Assembly: GCF_963676685.1 (NCBI RefSeq)
Contig: NC_092351.1
Coordinates: 13,268,001-13,332,000, forward strand
Length of the DNA stretch: 64,000 nt
Origin: Mytilus edulis
Taxonomy: Eukaryota
Reading direction: 5' to 3'
This document shows, one piece after another, positions 51,201 through 64,000 of this stretch (position 1 is the stretch's first letter; each line of letters starts with the position of its first letter). Both the position numbers and the translations under genes were made by a program. Under the pieces are notes generated by a model. It made no database searches and was not told the DNA's origin. It saw nothing but the letters and a program-made list of their open reading frames with translations.

Positions 51201-54200
51201 AAATCTGTAAATAACACTTCATAGACTCTTATACCACAAAGAAACAAGACCATGGACCATTAGTCTGTTTTCCAATTCCTGTAATTAGAGACTACTTTTT
51301 TGGTTGCCTCCCTTAGGAGTATATTAATGTTTAATGGCAATGGAGATCTAGTAGAAAAAGCAAACATATCTGTGCATTTTGTGGGTAACCATTAAGTTTT
51401 TCGATTCATTTAAAAACATTTAACTCTGTGTTAAGCTAAATACTTTTTATAGATTTTAAATTTGTTAAAACGTTAATATATCACTTTCAACTTAAGCTGA
51501 GTGGTCAAATACCAGATTACGATTGACCAAGGGAAGTTATTTGTTTAAAAAGTGTGTAGTTACAGAATCAAATTGGTAATTGGTAAAGGAATTGTTTTAC
51601 ATTAAAAAAAATAATGATGTAAAACATGTAGTAGACTGTAAAAAATAAAAAATTATATCAATTATTTGAATGATAGCTAACAATAGTTCTTACAAAGGAT
51701 ACTATAATTATGATACAGTACACTTCAATTTATGATATGTAATAAGCAAGTCTTTACCTGTTTGATATATATATGTATTCATATATATTTAACATGCTAT
51801 ATATGTTATAATATCATTTTACTTTTATTCCAGTCTGAAAATAATTATACAAGCTGCATCATTTTTCTAATTCTGTAAAGATTTCAGAGATGTCAATTTC
51901 CCAAGTGTTGAAAAGAAAACTGTAATGTTTTGTGTATTTAGTTCTTTAAGATTCTATTTTGACTTAAATTTAGTAACTTTACATAGTCAGTCAAGCCAAT
52001 TAAAATGTTTTAGTCCTATATGTGTGTAAACTTTAATTTGTGCATATTTATTTACATATTATTTTTCATAAAATGGAAATAATAGATAAACAGTATCAAT
52101 ATAGAAGATCACATGAGTAGTAGATAAATCATGGTGATGGTTATAGTATGAGAGAGAGAAAAATCTGTTGAGTTAGAGATTATATATTTAAAAAATTAAA
52201 GTTGTCTCTAGTTATCCTACATTATGCTACTTAGTACATGTAGTATATTCATAGTGTATTTTATATGGAATATTGATCACTGTTTAAATTTATTTTAAAT
52301 GCTTTCAAAATTCAAAATAACTTATTACAGGTATTTTACAGTTATTCAAATATTATTTTTATGCCCCATTTATGGGCATTATGTTTTCTGGTCTGTGCAT
52401 CCGTCTGTTCGTTTGTCCATTCGTCTATCTGTCCCACTTCAGGTTAAAGTTTTTGGTAGAGGTAGTTTTTAATGAAGCTGAAGTCCAATCAACTTGAAAC
52501 TTAGTATGCATGTTCCATTTGATATGATCTTTCTAATTTTAATGCCAAGTAAGAGATTATCCCCCATTTTCACGCTCCGCTGAACATAGTAAATGATAGT
52601 GCCCAGGGGCATCCGTGTACTGGGGACACATTCTTGTTTTTTATAAATGTAAAAAGTGTTTTTTTCTTATATAATTTTCCTTAGTATCGCTCTTGATTAC
52701 TTGAATTTAGTATGTTATACTTTTAGGTGGAGAATTTCAAAGATGAATATCCAGAATATGCTATTATTTGTATGGCTGTTGTTAATAATGCCATTGTGCA
52801 TGTTGTATCAACTGGTATGTATCTGTAATCATACATTTGAGACATTTTTTCTCTGATTAACTTTTATCATGCCATGTCTTAAACAAATATTACCACATGT
52901 ATTATTACATTTAATGGACTTATTAACCATAGTAAAAGTAACCAACCCTGAAAAAATATTGATAGATTATTGAAGGGTCTCCAATTAAGAGTTTCTCTGC
53001 AAAAATCTCATGAAAGACAAACAAACATCCGCTTGTTAGAAAGATCTATTTTAGAGTTAAAATATGATAAATGAAATAGACATATATATGGTCAATTTTT
53101 AAATGTAATAATTTCAGTAGACCTGTGCTATTTATAAATTCAACTTTCTTTTTTTTAAATTTTACATTTTAATACATTTGTACTTTTAAAAGAGTTTCTT
53201 TGCTTTTCGAGTATTAACTTATTAAACTGAGATAGATTTAAACAGCAAATGTTGATATATTGAAAAGATATATATGTTTTTTGTATTATATTCAGGTTCA
53301 GTACAGATGAAGTTTATGTTGGTTCAAAATTAGCATGTAACAAAGACGTACAAAGATATACTTCTTGGCATGCAGTTTAATGGTAAACCTACAGAATATA
53401 TAAAAAAGAAGATGTGGTATGATTGCCAATTAGACAACTATCCACAAAAGACCAAAATGACACAGACATTAACAATTATAGGTCACTGTACGGCCTTCAA
53501 CAATGAGCAAAGCCCATACCCGCATAGTCAGCTATAAAAGGCCCCGATATGACAATGTAAAACAATTCAAACGAGAAAACCAACTAATATGTTTATATTA
53601 CATATCCTTCTTCATGCATATTTTTTTCCTTTTGTTCTGCTTCACATTTTTATTCTTCCACATAAGTTATGTTTCACTGTTCAACTACTGGACCCATTTT
53701 AAGCAATTAGCTTGATTTTACTGCATAATGTACACATGGGTACATGTTGCAATATCTCAAATATAGAAAAATAGATGTATTAATATTTATGGTTAGTGAA
53801 ATGAGTCTTTTTAGTTGAAGGGAAAACCAAGTGGCATATTGTAATTAGAGCTGTTAAACCATAGTTTTATGATACTGATACAGTGCTTGTTTTTCAGAGG
53901 CAGACAAAACTCCAGATCAGGCTGCAGACAATAATATTGTATCAATACCATACTCTTCTGTGCTGGAAACTAACGTCTATGATTTGCATGTTGGCATCAT
54001 GAGAACTCCGATATCCAAATCAGCTAAACCAATCACTTCTCTATCTAGTATGACACAATTTATTTTTATGTATTTTCTTTTTTTTAATATTAATAATGTA
54101 TGGTTTTCATTGTTATATCCTTGTAACTTGAAAACATTTTTAAATAGCACATTTTTAATGGTTTACCATTATAACTTACATGACTTACTGATAGGATGTT

Positions 54201-57200
54201 ATAACTTTCTATTTAACCTCGATAAAGGGGGATATGATGCAGCTTATTGGCTTGCCTGTTTTCATGACATTTTTTGCACTTGGTTGCAGTTTATATACAT
54301 TCTAGGATTGAAAGCCTTTGGCTTAGAAAACATCAGCATAATGACCCATATCTTTTCCCTTTGGTATTTAATCCTTTGTAATGTTTTGCCTATATTTCTG
54401 ATATTTACATATTTCTTTTTAAGATACAGGCTCTTTGGGTTTAATTGTTCTTTTAGAATTGGTCTATTCCATGGGCATAATCTTTTGATAGACAGTGTTA
54501 CAAATAATACTCATTATTTTACTTATCTTTTACACCATCAACTTTTGTAGTCACATCAATCAGTCGTAATGCAAATTGCTATTGAATATCTTTTAGTATA
54601 TAAATGGTACTGAAGAAGAATGTGTAGAAACTGTCAACCATGATCCAATAGAGCCTTAGAAAATATGAGAAGGGGACAAGGAAATGCAGGAGACGGATGA
54701 AGAACAAGGGGGCATAATTTTTCAAGACAGGACAGGAGAAAGGGCAAGAACCAGAGGGGTAAACACATGTTCGATATGAAGATAATTCAATACAGGTTGT
54801 TTTTTTATGTCTGTCTAGGTTAAGGAACTTTTATTTTTTCATAAATAATTAAAGTTATTCATTGTATGTATTTCAAAGAGACCAAATGATATAGTAGTTA
54901 ACAACAGTTCACTTTTCTATCTCCAACAATGAGCAAAACCCATTACACTTATCCAGCCATGACAGTCCCTGAAATTACAAATGATAAACATAAAATTCCT
55001 GTACAAAACAATATACAAATATAATATCAGAAGACAACCAATGAATTACACTGGATTTGTCCTTTTTTTCTGTTGTACTAATAGGAGAAATAGAGGTAAT
55101 ATCGAAATAAAAAAAGAACTTAATTACATAAATCGCTTAAATTTTTAAATTATTTGGTTTGTGTACAGCTTATTTGAAAACAATAATAAAAAATATAGGT
55201 CACCGATGAGTTAAAAAAGAAATTTCAGTTTTATTGCCAAAAAATGCATTTTTGCATCAAAGGGAGATTATTTGGAGCTTTTTCAATGAAATAGATATTT
55301 TAAAAGTCATCTGGGGCCAAACCTAATCAATTTTTTTTTATTAAATTTTGTACCATATCATAAAGTTATAACTAATAGTGTAATAAATAAAATTTGTAAT
55401 GAGAAAGACAAATGTTTATTTTTTCTCTTAACCAAATACAGTCGTAACATTTCTTAGCGAAACGTGATCGGTTTTATAGAATATTTCAGATGAGATCATA
55501 GTTTAATAATTCAAACCCAATTTCATAGAAATTTCGTGATGACGACCCTTTGATTATCTTTAAAGTTAACCTGGTCATACTTTAATTTAGTTTCTTTTTT
55601 GGGGGGTTTACAGTTAGATGGACGGATAGATCATGATCTTGAAGGGAATTTGGTAATACCCTAAGATGATGTTGTGAAGCTGTTACCTCATCATATAGCC
55701 GAATGTTTATTCTGAAGGTATATATTGTATCACAATAAAGGAGTATTTCTAAACAGATTGGTTTCCTAATGTCATCTTAAATGTAAGTAGTGGGTACCAA
55801 ACGACAATTTAAAATTTTGATCTGAATTGTTGTTACGCTATATGACACACAACGTGTTAAAACATACTGATTTGCTCACATACAATTTTGAATATGGTTG
55901 ACCAAAGTTCATCAAATGACAATAATAAGACATTATAATGAATATCCTTTTCACGTATAAATTTTTGTACCCGCGAGCCTCCTTAAGTGTTAAATTTTTA
56001 TCCTTTTAGAATAAGTTTATTTAATAATTGATAACTTTACTCAGAGCAAACTTATTGTTTAAAGCTTGGTTAACAACATGATACAGAAAATCTAATGAAC
56101 TGTCAAATTATTTTTAAAGAAGTCTTTAACTGTTACAGCAACAGGAGATATCTGTACAGAAAAAAGAAGCTGTAAATTGGCCATTTAAAACATAAATGTT
56201 GGGTACATGCAAAAAAAATACCATTAACACAAAACAAATGATTGATTGATTGAAAATTTGTTGCTAAACATCCAGTGGTGAATATTTCATGCATGTTCAG
56301 GATGACATAATAAATTACAAATATATTAAAGGAAATATGTCTGAAATGTTTTTATGTCCCACCTACGATAGTAGAGGGGCATTATGTTTTCTGGTCTGTG
56401 CGTCCTTCCATCCGTCTGTTCGTTTGTTCGTCTGTCCATCCATCCCTTCATCTAGTAGGTATATAATTTGAGTTGATAACATGCATGTAACTGCAGATTT
56501 TAAAATAATTTTTCATAGCCTACATTAAATCATGCATTAAGATAGAACTACATCCTTGTTTATTTTGCTTTGTTTATAGTTAATATTCTTTGGAAATCGG
56601 GTATTATTAGAGATGTCTTTTTTTTTTTTTAGGTATAAAGACTGTATACCACTTTCCATAGGGGAATGAACAGCTTACCAGTTCACAGCAAATGAAAGTT
56701 GCATTTATAATGCAGTGTCCATTATCCTCTATAGAAATGAAGATACGGCTGTGGTACTGAAGCTGGCTGAAGTGTTGAAAATGGTGGATAATATGGTACC
56801 ATTTCCAAAATATGTAAGAATACAATATATGTTTTTTGTATTTTCCTTTATTTTATACCCTTCTATTACAGATAGAAAATAGAATTGTTTGTTGCTCCTT
56901 CATAAATCTTATGACTGGAAACATTTGTTTGCTGAACAGTTCTCTTAAATTGTTAAATCATATAAAGCAAGTATAAAATTCAACATTAAGACCTGTTTAT
57001 TTAAAAATATTTATAATTGCAATTTACAATCCATTCATATGATCACAATCTGGTGCTTCAATCAATTTCACTATAATGTAGTATGATAAAAGAGTAGCAC
57101 ATAAGTATACAAATGTAAACCAAAAGGATATGCATAAAAAAATTATGTAAATCACAGATTACCATTAAGGGGTTATCTATGCTTGGCAATATTAATTTTT

Positions 57201-60200
57201 TTTTTTTTGCCTGTAGAAAGGTATATTTATTCTTATGGTATTATTGTAATATTTCTCTAAGATTGTAGAAGAATTCAAAGAGAAAACTGACCTGTGGGTT
57301 AAATCTACCCTGCAGCAGGTGATTGCAGCCTCGACAGCAGAGGAAGTAGAGTATGGATGCAGAAAAGAGCTGGTCTCGACTATTCAATATCCATACACTA
57401 CAGGGACCCGAATAGTATAAAGTTTCTCAAAATAATTTTTATGATTTAAAAGTTTAAAAAATATATTAATATGAAAATGAGGAAATGTGGTATGATTTCC
57501 AATGAGATTACTCTCCACAAAAGACAAAATTACACATTTATTTAACAACTACAGGTCCCAGCCTAATCTTCAACATTAAGTACAGTCCATATTGCATAAT
57601 GGGCTATAAAAGCTCCAAAATGACAAATCTAAAACCATTCAAACAAGAAAACTTACAGCCTGATTTATGTACAAAATAATGAATGAAAAATGCACATATT
57701 TCCTTAAAACAAATAGTTATAGTTCTGTTCTGTATATGATTACTGGTCAACTTCTTTTGTCAAGCCTTCGACTTCAGTCGAAAAAGCGAGACTAAGCGAT
57801 CCTACAATCCGTCGTCGTCGGCGGCGTCCACAAATATTCACTCTGTGGTTAAAGTTTTTGAAATTTTAATAACTTTCTTAAACTATACTGAATTTCTACC
57901 AAACTTGGACAGAAGCTTGTTTATGATCATAAGAAAGTATCCAGAAGTAAATTTTGTAAAAATAAAATTCTATTTTTTCCGTATTTACTTTTAAATGGAC
58001 TTAGTTTTTCTGAGAGGAAACATTACATTCACTCTGTGGTTAAAGTTTTTAAATTTTAATAACTTTCATAAACTATCCTTGATTTGTACCAAACTTGGAC
58101 AGAAGCTTGTTTATGATCATAAGATAGTATCAAGAAGAAAATTTTGTGAAAATAAATTTCCACTTTTCCGTATTTTACTTATAAATGGACTTAGTTTTTC
58201 TGCGAGGAAACATTACATTCACTCTGTGGTTAAAGTTTTTAAAATTTTAATAACTTTCATAAACTATCCTTGATTTGTACCAAACTTGGACAGAAGCTTG
58301 TTTATGATCATAAGATAGAATCAAGAAGAAAATTTTGTAAAAATAAATTTCCACTTTTCCGTATTTTACTTATAAATGGACTTAGATTTTTTGCCAGAAA
58401 CAAAACATTCACTCTGTGGTTTAAGTTTTTAAAATTTTTATAATGTTCTTAAACTATCCTGGATTTCTACCAAACTTTGACAAAATATTGTTTCTGATCA
58501 TAAGATATTATTCAGAAGTAAATTTTGTAAAAAAAAATTTCACTTTTTCTGTATTTTACTTATAAATGGACTTAGTTTTTCTTCCAGTTAACATTACATA
58601 CAGTCTGCAGTTAAAGTTTATAAAACATTTATTAGATTCATAAACTATCCTGGATTTTTTATCAAACTTGGAAGCTTCTTTCAATCAAAAGACAGTATCG
58701 AGAGGGAAATTTTTATTGATGTTTTTCCTCATTTTTGTTGAGTCTGCGATTAACAGCAAAAGTAGGCGGGACACTGGGTTCTGTGGAACCCTTACGAATT
58801 TTATTGATGATCAATGCATGAAATAGTAGACCAAGTATTCTGTTTTTAATTTTGCTACCTATGTGTATTATCTATAGCTTTGTTATTTTTGTTTCAGCTG
58901 TTTCCCATTGTTTTCATGTCCAATACAACAGCACTGCAAAAAATACCAGCAGTACAGCAGCTGATCCTGCCACCATTGACATCCTCAGCTAGACCATCAT
59001 CTTTACACTTGGTTTTGATGCCTACCAAGCCAAGACATATGTAAGATATAAAAGGTGTAGGCCTCACTTTATCCTGCAATCAGCTAACTATTGTACAAAT
59101 AACAGGTACAAACATAGTTTTTTGCTTTATTTGTATATTTTGGAAAAGTATCAAATCTATTTGTACTCGCTACGATGCAGATATCCACTCAAAATATATC
59201 ATGCTAACAATTTCTATGTTTTTAATTTGTTTCTTTTTTTACAAGCATCGCTCACATTGTTAACACATACATTTATAGTGTGTGGAATGGCAATTCCATT
59301 ATAAAGGTTGATGTAAAGTCTGATTTTCGTATTCCTTAGGAGTGACTAAAAAATATTTCATATTCTGAGGAGTTCAGCAAATTATCTAAAGAATTTTTAA
59401 AAAAATTATCTGACTTGAATTCAACATAAATACATTTAAGTTTACATCACAAAGCATTTTGAAGTAAAATGTAATAAATTTATGGACACTGAAATGCATT
59501 TTTGTTTTTATTTTTGAATTTAGTTATACTTTTATAATATATTTTTTTATTATTTTCTTCATACAGCTCTGCATCTATCAACTCTATCTACAATGAGGTT
59601 CCAGATGTCTGCTCATTGGGACCTTATGGAAGCAGTATTGAGGATTGTGTGCTTTTTTGCCCTTCAGTTATGCTGTTTTCTGGACAGCCATCACAAGGTT
59701 ATAACCCCAGGCTGGGTGGAATGTACCATTTGTGGACAGTTGGTTCATGATACATGCATGGGTGTCACTGCAGCAACCTTTAGCTTGCAGGATGATTTAC
59801 CATGTGGATGTGATTGCCTGCAAAAAGGAGAGTTTTAACAGAAAAGATTGAAACTACCTAGCTCTCGTTAAAAAAACTCTCCCTTTATCCAGTCTAATTT
59901 ACCCAAATATAAAATTCTGTGTTTTCAATACTTAGTACTTCATTTCTATGGAAATTTTACCAAAATATTTCTATAAGTTTTTTCTATATTTTTGTTGATT
60001 GTAAGTTTATTTTTATGTACACCATTTAGAGATAAGTCTTAGGCTATTGGAACAGTATTTTGTATTGTGTTAGCTACAATGATCTACAATGTATTTAACA
60101 TTGCATACTTATAATATTATTTTTTTTATTTCAGCATTGAATACTACACAAATTTACAGGTTAAAGACCTTGATATGGATTTCGATGTAAGTGAAAGAAC

Positions 60201-63200
60201 AAACATATATTAAATAATGCTGACTCAGATCACTACAAATGAACACTAAAATGAGAAGAAACACAAGTTATACAAATATTATGTATTTTGTTTTTGTTGT
60301 AAATAGCCAAAACATGATTTCTTCTTTGAACAGTATGCCATACTTTTTGTTTTACAGTTCTTCTGGTGATGAAATATTATATTAAGGTGGTACCAAAGCC
60401 CTTGGCTAAAATTGATTTGGATTGTTTAATTTCTACAAATTTTGACAAAATGTTTACTTTGAGCCTTTGACCAAAATAAAAAAAAATTCAAAAAAACATG
60501 AACCACACAATTTATAGGAAAAAACTCAATAGATTTACAGCAGTTTGACACACATAAAATTTGATCATTCAAAAGCTTAATATTTAACATCAATAAATAG
60601 TGATTTAAACATTCAGCTGATTTAACAGAGTTATCTCCCAGTTGTGTTATGTACCACATTAAAAGGGCATTGTCATGGTCCACAGAGTACTGATTTCATA
60701 TGAAATTTCAATATAAGAAAATTCTGTTGACCTGTAAACTTCTAGTATCATTCATGTAGATCAAGAGGAATACATGTTGAAATGTGAAATTGGTATATAG
60801 ATTGAATTATAGTGAAAAAGTTTTCAAACTGATTCAAATGATTTAACATTTTGTTCTTATTAATTTTAGGTTTATATACAAGTTCTATGTTAAAAAGAAG
60901 AAGTAAACAAGCCTATGGCTGAACTGGTTCTCATGAGACATAAACCAGCTGACCACTGTCAATCATCTCATGTTGACAACTTTATATCATTCCATGTTGA
61001 TCACTGCATATCATTGTGACATCCATTTTCATTTTTTTCATCTTCAAAAAACGTTTATCTCTAGATGTTTGTAGCAAAACCTGTTGACTAAATCTATATT
61101 TAAAGTGGCAACCCATGTATTTAAATTTGTTTTATGATATATAATCTCTTATATCAACTTTTTAGCTCACCTGGCCTAAAGGGCCAATTGAGCTTTTCTC
61201 ATCACTTGTAGTCTGTCGTCATTAACTTTAATAAAAATCTTCTCCTCTGAAACTACTGGGCAAAATTTAACCAAACAATCATCATTGGGGTATCTCGTTT
61301 CAAAAATGTGTCCGGTGACAGGGCAAACCAACCAGATGGCCGCCCCGCTAAAGATAGAACATAGGGCAAAATGTAGATTTTGGCTTGTATTTCTGAAACC
61401 AAAGCATGTAGAGCAAATCTGAAAAGGGGTAAAATTGTTTATCAGATTAAGATCTATCTGCTAAGAAATTTTCAGATGAAGCGGACAACCCTTTGTTGGG
61501 TTGCTGCCCCTGAATTGGTAATTTTAAGGAAATTTTTCCGTTTTTGGTTATTATCTTGAATATTATTATAGATGGAGATAATCTGTAAACAGCAATAATG
61601 TTCAGCAAAGTAAGATCTACAAAAAAGTCAAATGATCAAAATGGTCAACTGACCCCTTAAGGAGTTATTGCCAATTTTTAACAATTTTCATAAATTTTGT
61701 CAATTTTGTCAATTATTACAAAATGAGTTAACTCCTGGGACAAGTTCATTATAGATATAGTCAGCAGCAAAAATGTTCAGTAAAGTAAGATCTATAAACA
61801 CATCACCAAAACACAAATTTGTCATGAATTCATCTGTGTCCTACGTTTATTATATGCACATAGACCAAGGTGAGCGACACAGGCTCTCAAGAGCCTCTAG
61901 TTTATTTGCAAATATTAATCCTAAAAATGATTTTCATATTTATCTCACAAAACATTTTGGGAACTCAGTAATTGATAACATATCTTTGATATATTTTTTC
62001 ATTATATTATTATTGAAAATATAATTGTTAAAACTCTTGGCTATAAAATTAAAATATTAATCCTTAATAGCTAAAAATGATGCTCTAATTTATCACAAAA
62101 AAACTTAATTGATAACATATCTTTGATATATTTTTTCATTATATTATTATTGAAAATATAATTGTTAAAACTCTTGGCTATAAAATTAAAATATTAATCC
62201 TTAATAGCTAAAAATGATGCTCTAATTTATCACAAAAAAACTTTTTTGGAACTCAATAATTGATAACATATATATGACTTATGTTTTCATTATATTATAA
62301 TTGAAAATATAATTGTTAAACCACTTGACTATGAAATTATGTAATTATCTTAATTCAGCATGGAAAACGAGATGTCAAATTATTACTTAACATTGTATCA
62401 TTTATGTTGTTTTCTGCTATTTATTATTGTGTCATATATGTAATATATGTTTTGATTGCAATGGCATGTAAATTTATTTTTGCAAATAAACTTATTCATT
62501 CATATTCAATTATATAGATTTTAGTATATGAAAACTTCCGTTACAAGACAAAGTCATGGTATATGTGCATTTAAATTGAAGCTTTAAACAAGGATGTTTG
62601 CTGTCATTGTAAGGTTGAACTTTGTCATAAGCTTAAAATGTTTTCTCTTTTTTATTCATATGAATTGTTTATACCCTTCTAATAAATTTAGGAAGATGTG
62701 GTGTAAATGCCAATGAGACCATTTTCCATCTAAATAACAATTTATAAAAGTAAACCATTATAGGTCAAGGTATGGCCTTCAACATGGAGCCTTGGCTCAA
62801 TGTGAACAACCAGCTATAAATGGCTAAAAAAATTACTGTATCTGTAACTCATTGGTGTTTAAACGGTGTATAGAGTTTATACCAATCAAATAACTCTGTC
62901 TCACTGATGTATGAACATTTTATCTTGCCCCTATAAACTACCGGTACATGGTGACTAGGTATATTTGATATAGGTTGTCCTAAAAGATATAGGATTAGTT
63001 ACCTTATGGGGAAAGTAAGGAGTTGCTTCCCTTTCAAAACAAAAAAGATGCTATCACCCTTCATATGTACAAAACAGTGTTGGGGTAAAATCTGAAAGGA
63101 TTCAACAGACGAAGAAATAGTTGAGAAAAGGTCTCATTGGTGTATGAATGTTATAACGGGTTTATACCCGAGTATCTGTGTCTCATTGGTATATCAACCT

Positions 63201-64000
63201 TATATAGGCTTTATACCCACTGAATAACTGTCTCATTGGTATATATGGTTTATACCTATATAATAACTGTATTGATGGTATGTGTGTTTTAATGTCCAGC
63301 TATCCTCTCTGGATATTGCGGACTGATATACCTATTTACAGATTTGGGTCTGTGTCATTTGGCTTTCATTATACTCCAACTGCGTGGCTAGTACGGATTA
63401 TCAGGCCGTTTTGCCAAGATGTCTGCTTGCATTGCCTCTTGGGATTCTATTCTTACAGGCTATGTATGTGGTGGAGTGCACGGTAGGTCTGGGTTGTTGA
63501 TGTCTTATTGGTGTATTAACGTTTTATATGGAAATATATCCATCAAATGACCATGTCTCATTGATGAATAACCGTTTTATAGGATATATATCCATCGAAA
63601 ACTGTCTTATTGGTGTATGAAAGTTTTATAGGGTTTAAACGCATCGAATAAATGTGTATGATTGGTATATGGACGTTGCTTAGAGTATAAACACATCAAG
63701 TAAATGTGTCTCATTGGTGTATGTACGTTATGTAGGGTTTATACCCGTCGAATAACTGTGTCTCATTGGTGCATGTACGTCATATAGGGTTTTATACCCA
63801 TTGAATAAGTGTCTCATTGATGTATAAACGTTTTATAGGGTATATACCCATCGAATAAATAGGTCTCAGTGGTGTATGACCGTTATATAGGGTTTATACC
63901 CATCGAATAAATGTGTCTCATTGATATATGAACAGTATATAGGGTTTATACCTATAAAATAAATGTGTCTCATTGCTTTATTTAGGGTTTATACCCATCG
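48203..64000 (+). repeat. Copy 2 of the large direct duplication; runs off the window end
   Basis: As for copy 1; begins immediately after the right TIR at 48176-48202. Confidence 0.98.

Overview
AT-rich, intron-containing animal DNA. The abundant short interspersed repeats resemble those I recognise from Mytilus-type bivalves; the species is not confirmed. (1) The left end holds the first coding exons of a minus-strand class III alcohol dehydrogenase (ADH5-like) gene. (2) A decayed, spliced plus-strand OTU/vertnin-like protease + PHD-finger gene (~10.0-17.1 kb) converges on a decayed, spliced minus-strand gene for a double-SWIM, CxC/KDZ (Zisupton/HMGXB3-like) transposase (~22.9-33.3 kb). That transposase is cut off just after its first catalytic Asp by a ~52-bp satellite. 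(3) A 9.5-kb element (38662-48202) with 27-bp terminal inverted repeats (TIRs) carries a truncated RecQ helicase gene and a convergent zinc-finger/transposase-like gene, consistent with an internally deleted AcademH-like DNA transposon. (4) The main structural signal is an apparently identical direct duplication with a 42,697-bp offset (5506-21303 = 48203-64000, running off the window). Its new junction sits exactly at the right TIR of the RecQ element, and its native breakpoint lies in the putative 5'UTR exon of the ADH gene. This suggests a recent transposon-end-mediated segmental duplication that placed the ADH promoter in front of the transposon gene, although an assembly artefact is not excluded. 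The rest of the window is Kolobok, Harbinger, Academ-type and Helentron-type non-autonomous elements, a SINE and tandem repeats. There is a 190-N gap at 37005-37194.
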